DNA of 64,000 nucleotides from Chlamydiota bacterium (GTDB lineage Bacteria; Chlamydiota; Chlamydiia; Chlamydiales; JAAKFR01): NCBI GenBank assembly GCA_013287335.1, contig JABDDZ010000001.1, positions 3,045 to 67,044 of the forward strand, read 5' to 3'. Shown piece by piece: positions 56,201 to 64,000 of this stretch (position 1 is its first letter; each line of letters starts with the position of its first letter). The notes under the pieces were generated by a model. It saw only the letters and a program-made list of their open reading frames with translations, ran no database searches and was not told where the DNA came from. The position numbers and the translations under genes were made by a program.

Positions 56201-59200
56201 GCTGCAAGCAGATACTCCTCAGCCCAAAGCCGCCAAGGTACTAGCTTTTGCAATTTTAAAAGCTTTGCCGCCTCTTTGCAGAACAGATGGAACGATCCAG
56301 CCCGTTTGGGACTCTTTGCTAACAGAAGAAGAGTGTGATAGTTGGTATAAAGTTATTGATAAAATCAATACTAAATTTTGTGAAAGCGCTATATTAAGTC
56401 AGCTCTTTCCAATAAATCATGCTGAAATGGTTGAGCAAAACCATCTTTTGTTTCTATCTGCTTTTTTCTTTGAAAAAAGGATGAAATTGGCAGAAAGACT
56501 CTTTTATAACACTTTTTTATTTTTGGATTCAGACAATCCCTTAGATGTTGAGACTACTAAAGAATTAGATTCTATGAGAGAGAGGCGACTTGAAGAGCTT
56601 AAAAAAAATGTTACAAAAAAAAGAGAAAAAGAACTTGAGAAGGGTTGGGCTATTGAGAATGAGGACTACCAAGAGAAGCGTCAAAAACTTTACGTAGGAT
56701 CTTTGGATAAAGTAGAAGCCTGGACAAGAAGGTACAAAGGGTGGAGTACTGATCATGAGCGAAAAAGGAAAGAAGTTTGCACGGGTATTAGAAAATTAAC
56801 TGCCCATCCAATTGATGATGATGATCTCGTTAGCATCTTCTTTGTTGATGAGATAAAGATAGCAAGCCAATTTGCTATAAGGTTTTATAAAAGAGAACTT
56901 ATCCTGCAATATAAAGCAATACACGCCGGAGACCCTACATGTTTGACCGATGAGAATGATATCTTAAGATTCCAGCTGGTTCATGGCAGATGTACAGAAG
57001 TGATTCAAACAAAAGCTAAAGATATAATTAGAGAAGCTCTCCTCATTTCGTCAAAATATAATCGAGATGTACGCGCACAGGGCAGTTCTCAGGCTGTGCG
57101 GCTTGAAGCGCAGCACAATCATGCTTGTCAAATGGCTGTGGAATGTGTCCGGGGTTCTTGTTTTGGCTCAGAAAGAGTAAAGTCAAGAATCGAGGTCATA
57201 TTTACTGAGAACGCTTGCGTTATTCGCAAAGATAAGTTAGTTGGTGATGCTGTTAAAATACTGTCTTACTCTACCTCTACTCAAATTCAAGGGAAGCAAG
57301 ATGAAGATGAAAAAGAAACAAGGCAAAGATATGAAGCTGCTTTAATCAACTCCTACAAAGAGAAGAACGCGCTCTCCACTCTTACAGCAGAAGAGATGAT
57401 ACTCGTTGAATGCTGTGATCTCAAATACTCCACCACTCAATTCAGATGTGAAGAAGAGAAACTTCTCTTTGTTATGGCAAAGATTGAATTTCCTCACACC
57501 GCTCACAATAGAGATAGTCTTATTTTCGCCGAAGCTTACCAAATTTTCTTCCCTGCGAATGCTCTTCCAAGAGATTCTAAAGACATTGCTCTTACCCTCT
57601 ATTATCTCACACTTCCAGATGATATTAAAATCTTTCAATTAGCTATTTGTAATGGCGATATACGTGATGCAAAAGATGAGTTACTCCACGAAAAAGCTTA
57701 TGGTGCTATATTTGGTACCAGAGCTAAACAACCGAAAGCTATTCAAACAGCTTTCAGACCAAAGCCCTTGAAACCCCCAATTCTATGGGAGCAGCAACAA
57801 GACGTCTGTATTACAAATGCTGAAGTTTATTTACGACAACCGGAGAATTGGGCCAGGCTTGGACCTAAGGAGAACATTACTCCTGATAATGTAATAGCTC
57901 TATACCACCTTGATTCACGCAGCGAGCAGCCTAATGCAAGAGCTCCGGCTGAAGCGCTCCTCATACAAAATTATAGACTATGCCATTCAGCAGGACCATC
58001 TTACACAGAGGATGAGATCTTGTGGATTGCTGCATCTATCGATCTTCGCTACGAGACTGAGGTAGAGGATTGGATAAAAGAAAGACAACCTATACGCAAC
58101 CAAGTAACACGAAGGGAATTAGCGACAGTCGAAGTCCGCGATCCGGAAATCAATCGACTTGTCAATGTCACTTTTGAACGTGAACTCCCTTTTTATTTTG
58201 ATTCGTTAGAGACGACATTTAAAGGAGAGGTAGTAAAAACGATCTCTAAAAATCCCTCCAAGGCTCCTATTGCTCACAGTTCTCCGCTTGCATACTATGC
58301 CCGTTATTTTGGTCTTGGTCTATCTTTTGGCAATTTTCCTAAAAAAGGAGTAAAGCAAAATGATCCATTTGCTGATGAGATAACAGTTGGAGCGAAAGAT
58401 CACTCCCTTTTAACTCAAGCTAATCCCCGTTTGCAAAAAAAGGAGAGGGCTACCCAGGCAGCAGTTCGCTACCACACACTTATGGAGACAAAGCGAAAAA
58501 ATGTTGTTGCTTTACCTCATCGCAGAGAGCTTTTAAGAAGTGTTAATGACATTTGCAACTTGATTATAAAAGTAGAAGATAGAGAACTAAATGCATTGCG
58601 ATTAGATACAGCTGATGAACGTATATTGACTCAAGCGTTGCCTCTTCCTTTAAATCAAACTGATTTCGGTCAAGTAGTCGTTCAAATCAATCGTGAGTTA
58701 ACCAATTTTATTAATGCGCTGAATCAATTTCAGGGCATCCATCCAAGTGATTTACAAACCCTGGATGCAATCAATGTAGCCTCCATTCGCACTGCCTTGA
58801 CCGAATTGCATAATAATTGGGGTGCTCTCTCTGCAGTTGATCTCGGTTATGCTATAAATGGAGAGACTAATGGACGGATTACCCAACTTCGTCACATCCA
58901 AGGGCTTCTTTTCCGTCTTTCTGTTAGAGGAATTTACGACGATAAGAGTCCTTTAGCGATCAGTACAAAATATCTTCAAGATTTTGCAGAGGGATTTAAT
59001 GGATCAAAGCCGAGCAAAAAGACAGCGCAAGCGCTTTTTTATGGGGGCTTCAACAAAAAAGAGGAGGGACAAGGAGTAGTTCCTTTTGAAGTTGCAATGC
59101 TTACACGTTTTAGAGCCTGGAAAGATTTAGTCAATGAGTCTAACCAGGGCAAAGAATGTGCGGTCGTAAAAGCAAAAGGTTTCATCGATTTCAATGCAAT

Positions 59201-62200
59201 GCATAGAACAACTTTACGTCTAAAGCTCAAACAGATGAAGCGCATTGATTTTGAGTATTGCCTCCCATTCCCTTATACCCTGCAAGGTCTTTGGATTGTC
59301 GATCCTACAAAAGATAGAAGGCGTGGTTTGCCCGTCATTCCTCTCGAGCGAGATTTCTTTATTATCACAACCGGAATCCGAGAAAGAGAGCTGGGGCTGG
59401 GAGTGACTGTTGCTCATACAGAAGCATTTGTGTGTGAACAAAATATAGAAGGCACAAAAAGAACTCCTGAACGAACAACAGAAGTAGAGGTAATAAAGAA
59501 TATTCGTCGAAATAATACGCCCTTTCCTTCGACAGCAGACCAGATTATGGATTTTCTTAGTTACTTGCAAGTGGGCCGCACAAGCGGAGATCCCTATTCA
59601 TCAAGCGCTACCGGCAATTCTAATACTCTTCTTTCGAGCTGGAATGTGGTTGCTTGTTTTGAATACCTATTGCACTACCATAAGAGCTTGGGAGGTAGTG
59701 ACAGAGAGGTGCAATGTCATAACTGTTATAATACACTCTTTAAGCCCGGGCTTCTCTCACAGCATCTTAGTGAATCTCCCGATTTTTATATCACCTGGAC
59801 TCCCACTATTAATAAGATGATCCAAGATTGTAAGAATGGCGGCGACAAAGAAGTCGAAATAGCCCTTTTCTTGCTTGAAATTTGTGGAAGGATTAAATTA
59901 ATAGCTCGCGATCAAGAATATGCCACGAAGGCGAACAAAGACGAGGGGATGGCTGTCGCCTCTGTGCTTCCCGGATTTGATTGGAATCCTGGAGAAGAGG
60001 GAACGCATGAGTCGCTTCTAAGCACAAAATTTCATACTTACGAGAATCATCCAAGACAAAAACTTTTTGCAACCTATTTTCTATCGTTTCATTGTCATAA
60101 GCCTGCAACAAGAAGAAGCATGGACCTTTGGTTGAATATATTAAAGGCTTACGCACTTTTTGCACGTTCTCCATCTCGTGGTGGCCATCCTGCTATAAGA
60201 GATGAAATTTTTCAAAAGATGCATGAATCGCTTATTCCCCAACTAGAATCGTTATTGTTAAAGGAGGGCCAAAAAAAGGTTGCTAATAAGAATAAATTCT
60301 TTAATGACCTAACAGGATTGGTTGATTCAAAAATTACATGGGAACGAGTATCACCATACCATTGGGTTGCGTCTGATGGAGAAACGAGCGTTGATCTTAT
60401 TACAGCAGTGGGCATTCCCATAAATCCTATTTACAAGCTGCGAATGGCGCTTCCTGAAAGTATTATTAAGGATGACCTTTTTAAAAATTTGATGGGCACA
60501 TTGGTAAAAGATATAGATCCTATCATTGAAGCAGAAAAGGTGAAAAGTAAATTAGATGATATGGATGGCAAAATGGTCGATGTTGAGAGACCAAGAGAGG
60601 GAAAGCCGACCACTACGTACAAATGGAAGGATGAGGATGCAAGTATTTCATTTGAAATCCGCTCAGATGATTCAAAACCTAAAAGTTATCAGATATACCA
60701 GAGGGTAGGGGAGTGTTGCTATCTCTATTATCGTCCAAAGGTCGATGAAAGTGGTATAGCTAAAATACTCAATTTCCACAATAAGGCAATCGAAAATACT
60801 ATTAATGCATATGGCGCATGGATTTTAACCGAAGAGAAGGGGATCGCAATTCCTAATCCAACGAAAGCTTATGTTGCCCGAGATAGGCAGCAGTTAACTC
60901 ACGACCCCCTTTGCCTCCATCTCGATGGAAATAAAGTCATCGGAGCTTCAATTGGAGAGGAGGATAATCTGAGGTGGGCCTGTTCAGAACTTGCTCATAA
61001 TCCCATTTCCACTCTTTTTTCCTCCTCCTATCAGGGAGCCCCTCGGTTACTCTCTTTTAGAGACAATGAAGGATTATTGTTTTTTTCATCTGATAAAAAA
61101 CATGTCACGGAAATCCATTTTCCCTTGGACGAGACAGCCCGTGCGGAAGAAGAGAAAGATAAACGTCTTGTTTTATTAAAAAAGGGGGAGAAATGGGTTG
61201 TTGAGGGACAAACTCACTTGGAGTGGGTTCTTGAAGGAACAAAACATTTAGAGGAACATTTTGGAGAGAGCTATCGAGAGTTTCTTTTACCTTTACACAA
61301 TAGCGTAACAGGAGAAAGGGAATATTGGATATGGCCGTACATTGCAACAAGTCTTGGCAAGAGAGGGGGCAATCCTCATTTTTTAAAGCTTACAACCTTG
61401 CTGGACTTAGAGGCAGTTCGATCTTTGCATCTCGATTGCAAGCCTATTAAATTTGGAATCGATAGCAAGCACCAGGAATATGGCTCGCATGCTGCCTTTT
61501 TATACATTGGTTTAAATTGTTATCTAAGAGGCGAGCATGAACTTGCCATGGTCTATCTCGAGAAGATGGTTAAATGCGGTAGCTCAAAAACAACCGAAGA
61601 AATCCAAGCTCTTCGTGGAGTCATGTGGAATTATTTGATCGCTTTGGCCGACATATTCGTGACCAAAAAGGGATTGAATGATAATTCCTTTTCAACAGCT
61701 CAAACATTTTTTGCATTAAAATTTGTAGCAGCTCTACAACAGATCGATTTTTCCGTTGTAGAAGATGTCGTTGTTACAGACATTCCTCCCCCTAATGAGA
61801 TCCTGCGCATATTTGGACTTTTAATCTCTCCACACTATTTTAGTTATCTCGATGGCCTTTATGACAAAAAGTCTTTAATAGAGAGAAATCTTGCGCTTTC
61901 AGAGGGGGAGATCATAGCTCTTGAAAAAGCCTGCCCTCCTCTTGCTGGATGTTTGATGAGTGTTTTGAAAGAATTGAGATTAGATTCTAAGACAGAACCT
62001 CTTCGTTTGACAACGCCAGAAGATCACGAAATCGAAAAATTGATCATCGCGACCTTCACACACATAGATCCACATCCTGTAGCAACTATTGAGGAACTTA
62101 ATAAAAAATTTGGAAGCGAACTACGTGGAGAAACTCTTATTTCTAATTTTTGGACCTTTTGGCAATGGATTAGTGAAGGGGTAGTCGACTATGAAGAGCT

Positions 62201-64000
62201 CATAATTTTATTTAATAAAATTCCGGATTGGGCCGGCAATGCCGAAGAGGTGGATATAGCCTGTCGCATGTTGCTCTGCTTTTGGCATTATATACGTATG
62301 CCTATTGATGATGAAAAAAAATATGGTGAAATTCCAGACTCCTTTGATGCCGCAACAGAAAAAATCTATGGAATACGAGCCCAGATGCCCGACTTCATGA
62401 GTATGGAAATGCGAATTCACCGCTATCAATCAAACCTTTTTGCCTGCCTCAAAGGATTCAGCAGAGATGGTTCAGTAAAAGCTCTCGTGCAAGAAGTCAA
62501 AAATAATGATTTAAGTGGGGTTGCAGCTACGGGCGTGCAGGGAGGGACGCATCTCGCCGCCTACCTATTTGCAGTAACTGTAACTGGATTCCGTCAAGCA
62601 GCAATTTTACAACCGGAACGTTCTCTGGGTCGGGGAATAGAAGTTCGAACAGGCAAGTACATTAAATATCAAAAGGATGCAAAAGTGCTCTTTGATACAG
62701 TTGTAGATGCTTGCGGAAAGCGGGCAAGGCATGGAGTTGCAGTCTTCACACCCATAGATGATTTTACTCCCGAAACGTGTCATCATTTCTCACTAGGAGA
62801 AGCGACCATTCAGGATAGAGGTGCCCGTCAGTTAAAACTTCCTAAAAAAGAGCTTCTTTCAACTGCTGTACGCAAAGCACTCTCAATAGAGTCTTTATTA
62901 AAACGTTTGGGATTTGATCCAGAAAAATTGGATAGAGAAGCACTAAAGCTGGGGCTGAGAGGCCTTAAGGGCGCATTTTTAAATGCTGAAGTTTTGGGAA
63001 TAGCCCTTAAGGAGAATGAAACATGGGAAAAACTTTTTAAATTTTTATTTATAGGTTTGCCGAAAGTTTATGAAGCAGCTTTACGACCTGTTTCTTTTGA
63101 ACATTTTGATAGAGAAGCACACTTACAACTCGCTTCAGCCATGGCGCACAGGTTAGGTTTTGCTTTAGACCTCTTTGAATATTTCAGTAAGGGGCAACTG
63201 CCAGATCCAAAACACCAACTACCACCACTAGAACGACTTGCTCAATATTCTAATTTGGGTTCTCTTGTAAAAGATATGCAAAATGCTATCAGAGAATTTT
63301 TAGATGAGCAAGATGGAGCAAACCTTGAAAATAGATGTGAAAGGATTCTCGACATCTACTGCTCATCCTTTACGAGAGGTATTGAGATACTCCAACTGGT
63401 TCCGGAGATTAGAGAATTAGATCAAGGTACTCTTGACAGTATTGCTGCTTTAAATCCAGCTACGGACCTGGAGGAAGCTCGCCTCATTCCAGCACTAGGG
63501 AGTTTAGATCCCATCCTATTGAAAAAACTTATTCCTCTAGCTTCTATATTAAAAGCGCTTGCCGGTATAGATTCGGGTATATTGAAAATCGTTGCTGATA
63601 TAAATCCCTCGCATTTGGCAAAGAATATGCGCATCCATTGTAAACCGCTCTTGATGGATGCTTGGGAAATTTCTCAAAATGCAAGAAGAGAAAAACAGAG
63701 GGCATTAAAAGCAAAGCAGAGAGTATTACTTCCTCAAGGAGGACGTTTAACAGGTAGTAAAAGCTCTACTTATGGTCCTATTCGTGTCGAACCAGGAATT
63801 TCTCCGGGCATACCAGTTGCTCGGGCTTATAATTGGAGTAGCTACTTTGATATAATCGATAAGACTGATTATTGGAACGACCGAATTAATAAACACCTCA
63901 GTCACTTTCAACCTACCGATAAAGACTCGCCTATGGTCAAGTCTGAGCTCCAAAGACATAGAAAAGGGCTTAGATTGGCTATTTTAGAGTTAAAGGAGAA
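53247..64000 (+). CDS. Giant hypothetical protein, open-ended (>=3584 codons, runs off the right edge)
   Basis: I translated it from ATG 53247 (in-frame stop upstream at 53226-53228). No stop occurs in this frame through 63998. Every track ORF in 53.2-64.0 kb is <=116 aa and none of the plus-strand ones is in this frame. It begins MSGTSSASNENSKVYELKYRMGDNRSVIFTLEHPSG and the window ends at ...LQRHRKGLRLAILELKE. Confidence 0.85.
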   Translation, partial: MSGTSSASNENSKVYELKYRMGDNRSVIFTLEHPSGLDTTKKIKDCLYSIWDAETRRYHAKGKTFGNRENITIWGFDENTQRYVYENKEEGLNEGDLPAPKLTMHPTFDQAFAVHEFSLKTLNKEEPTIYTVIFDTLSAAFSLIFSPVTQLYKILSHQIFPKGQEPHEFVQNLGSANHKELLSQLRFLQSLFENVDAVAAKGSHILDDGDEEIPQKGGFALSSSDLTYREWFELNGRSFKEYFISLFADLSAPQKSGPPSAGRDKLTPTTTPCKRVAQILEDAHSIGTLIETARNANNRKERLKAIIKIEEKFECLKKGEINRLIVPFAFGDGNNSVSHFLIFERESGVIKHVTFSSPTLSKSTPAVTEYTIPSLLDGKMDQGKIKEFFEKLPSNIFYGNWGEKINQHVTPIHRFITQLVAISSCNDPKCPVDDQTGIDIYHLFKSADDDGLIDENKFQQTPYKIIEYFLCPEEQKGPHERNDFISRLLLTYARQDAPPYVPAGYKLPPVGADIKEECYYKRGPYTKVSRDPIKLLYTVIKNLDKERPLDFLASKATFLEAYMNHLVALLEEKSSTFSSRELEAIYVNLGKYLDELKHFLGKEVGKTAASQVVKPFADAIKKKLPDLKLTLVREDEQKKKLEQQPLIFTATLDSKIEEAIDPGNNQSVNLDDVDPSRVSHDDFNKVAELDNCFSTINAVAEESELPTTEEQQDQAEAQELFDTHLRAVVDRAVLDETAYNVSQIYLTGNTPPAIISQGFAPVLHEFIQKYNQAVGACPTPKALHQFQVVFLKEMNRSFARNVASKFLTEEFPKFTDNDKAFLAALESALSKNYFSDVREALVALQVDYPEQALLIEIIVQFNYCCDIHTTVLLKPLLIEKLAELPELLIIKILKKLPEGMLEEIPEGESGEIIRKGLEEILQDSTQETTEVIFKQIPEGMRREILLKLPPKEGYAMELASIVVQAIERRKAHQLLTDLDEVLEGLLQADTPQPKAAKVLAFAILKALPPLCRTDGTIQPVWDSLLTEEECDSWYKVIDKINTKFCESAILSQLFPINHAEMVEQNHLLFLSAFFFEKRMKLAERLFYNTFLFLDSDNPLDVETTKELDSMRERRLEELKKNVTKKREKELEKGWAIENEDYQEKRQKLYVGSLDKVEAWTRRYKGWSTDHERKRKEVCTGIRKLTAHPIDDDDLVSIFFVDEIKIASQFAIRFYKRELILQYKAIHAGDPTCLTDENDILRFQLVHGRCTEVIQTKAKDIIREALLISSKYNRDVRAQGSSQAVRLEAQHNHACQMAVECVRGSCFGSERVKSRIEVIFTENACVIRKDKLVGDAVKILSYSTSTQIQGKQDEDEKETRQRYEAALINSYKEKNALSTLTAEEMILVECCDLKYSTTQFRCEEEKLLFVMAKIEFPHTAHNRDSLIFAEAYQIFFPANALPRDSKDIALTLYYLTLPDDIKIFQLAICNGDIRDAKDELLHEKAYGAIFGTRAKQPKAIQTAFRPKPLKPPILWEQQQDVCITNAEVYLRQPENWARLGPKENITPDNVIALYHLDSRSEQPNARAPAEALLIQNYRLCHSAGPSYTEDEILWIAASIDLRYETEVEDWIKERQPIRNQVTRRELATVEVRDPEINRLVNVTFERELPFYFDSLETTFKGEVVKTISKNPSKAPIAHSSPLAYYARYFGLGLSFGNFPKKGVKQNDPFADEITVGAKDHSLLTQANPRLQKKERATQAAVRYHTLMETKRKNVVALPHRRELLRSVNDICNLIIKVEDRELNALRLDTADERILTQALPLPLNQTDFGQVVVQINRELTNFINALNQFQGIHPSDLQTLDAINVASIRTALTELHNNWGALSAVDLGYAINGETNGRITQLRHIQGLLFRLSVRGIYDDKSPLAISTKYLQDFAEGFNGSKPSKKTAQALFYGGFNKKEEGQGVVPFEVAMLTRFRAWKDLVNESNQGKECAVVKAKGFIDFNAMHRTTLRLKLKQMKRIDFEYCLPFPYTLQGLWIVDPTKDRRRGLPVIPLERDFFIITTGIRERELGLGVTVAHTEAFVCEQNIEGTKRTPERTTEVEVIKNIRRNNTPFPSTADQIMDFLSYLQVGRTSGDPYSSSATGNSNTLLSSWNVVACFEYLLHYHKSLGGSDREVQCHNCYNTLFKPGLLSQHLSESPDFYITWTPTINKMIQDCKNGGDKEVEIALFLLEICGRIKLIARDQEYATKANKDEGMAVASVLPGFDWNPGEEGTHESLLSTKFHTYENHPRQKLFATYFLSFHCHKPATRRSMDLWLNILKAYALFARSPSRGGHPAIRDEIFQKMHESLIPQLESLLLKEGQKKVANKNKFFNDLTGLVDSKITWERVSPYHWVASDGETSVDLITAVGIPINPIYKLRMALPESIIKDDLFKNLMGTLVKDIDPIIEAEKVKSKLDDMDGKMVDVERPREGKPTTTYKWKDEDASISFEIRSDDSKPKSYQIYQRVGECCYLYYRPKVDESGIAKILNFHNKAIENTINAYGAWILTEEKGIAIPNPTKAYVARDRQQLTHDPLCLHLDGNKVIGASIGEEDNLRWACSELAHNPISTLFSSSYQGAPRLLSFRDNEGLLFFSSDKKHVTEIHFPLDETARAEEEKDKRLVLLKKGEKWVVEGQTHLEWVLEGTKHLEEHFGESYREFLLPLHNSVTGEREYWIWPYIATSLGKRGGNPHFLKLTTLLDLEAVRSLHLDCKPIKFGIDSKHQEYGSHAAFLYIGLNCYLRGEHELAMVYLEKMVKCGSSKTTEEIQALRGVMWNYLIALADIFVTKKGLNDNSFSTAQTFFALKFVAALQQIDFSVVEDVVVTDIPPPNEILRIFGLLISPHYFSYLDGLYDKKSLIERNLALSEGEIIALEKACPPLAGCLMSVLKELRLDSKTEPLRLTTPEDHEIEKLIIATFTHIDPHPVATIEELNKKFGSELRGETLISNFWTFWQWISEGVVDYEELIILFNKIPDWAGNAEEVDIACRMLLCFWHYIRMPIDDEKKYGEIPDSFDAATEKIYGIRAQMPDFMSMEMRIHRYQSNLFACLKGFSRDGSVKALVQEVKNNDLSGVAATGVQGGTHLAAYLFAVTVTGFRQAAILQPERSLGRGIEVRTGKYIKYQKDAKVLFDTVVDACGKRARHGVAVFTPIDDFTPETCHHFSLGEATIQDRGARQLKLPKKELLSTAVRKALSIESLLKRLGFDPEKLDREALKLGLRGLKGAFLNAEVLGIALKENETWEKLFKFLFIGLPKVYEAALRPVSFEHFDREAHLQLASAMAHRLGFALDLFEYFSKGQLPDPKHQLPPLERLAQYSNLGSLVKDMQNAIREFLDEQDGANLENRCERILDIYCSSFTRGIEILQLVPEIRELDQGTLDSIAALNPATDLEEARLIPALGSLDPILLKKLIPLASILKALAGIDSGILKIVADINPSHLAKNMRIHCKPLLMDAWEISQNARREKQRALKAKQRVLLPQGGRLTGSKSSTYGPIRVEPGISPGIPVARAYNWSSYFDIIDKTDYWNDRINKHLSHFQPTDKDSPMVKSELQRHRKGLRLAILELKE

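Overview
The window reads as a gene-dense bacterial chromosome segment, most consistent with an environmental Chlamydia-like organism. This is an inference from three things: the DUF721/DciA-gyrB-gyrA-tmk-holB order known from Chlamydia, a DhnA-type class I aldolase, and many small proteins with Inc-like bilobed hydrophobic domains. Recognisable housekeeping genes are gyrB, gyrA, tmk, holB, fbaB/dhnA-type aldolase, metNIQ, tkt, adk, tgt plus a YhhQ-like transporter, an ACT-less aspartokinase, a dsbB/DsbA-like pair, a GGQ rescue factor and a MATE exporter. Two very large reading frames run off the window edges and are therefore absent from the supplied ORF track. One is on the minus strand at 1..3768 and carries an SF2-like ATPase core. 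The other is on the plus strand at 53247..64000 and has at least 3584 codons with no stop. The left edge ORF is separated from the 1813-aa ORF upstream of it only by a C9/G9 homopolymer; losing one base would fuse the two into a protein of at least 3060 aa. The two giants look distantly paralogous by eye. Accessory content includes: (1) a tandem array of five paralogous Inc-like membrane protein genes (25.9-31.5 kb), four of which have their own conserved TTGnnn-N17-ATAATT promoter and which contain islands of near-identical DNA; (2) a type III polyketide synthase / membrane protein / methyltransferase cluster; (3) an operon with a duplicated ~670-aa domain, once alone and once fused to an OppA-like solute-binding domain, followed by a small SH2-like protein; (4) an adenylate kinase with a signal-peptide-like extension; (5) a dispersed two-module palindromic repeat family at three intergenic loci; and (6) a MITE-like inverted-repeat element. 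I recognised no rRNA, tRNA, CRISPR array, transposase or integrase. All domain calls come from reading motifs by eye, and no searches were run.
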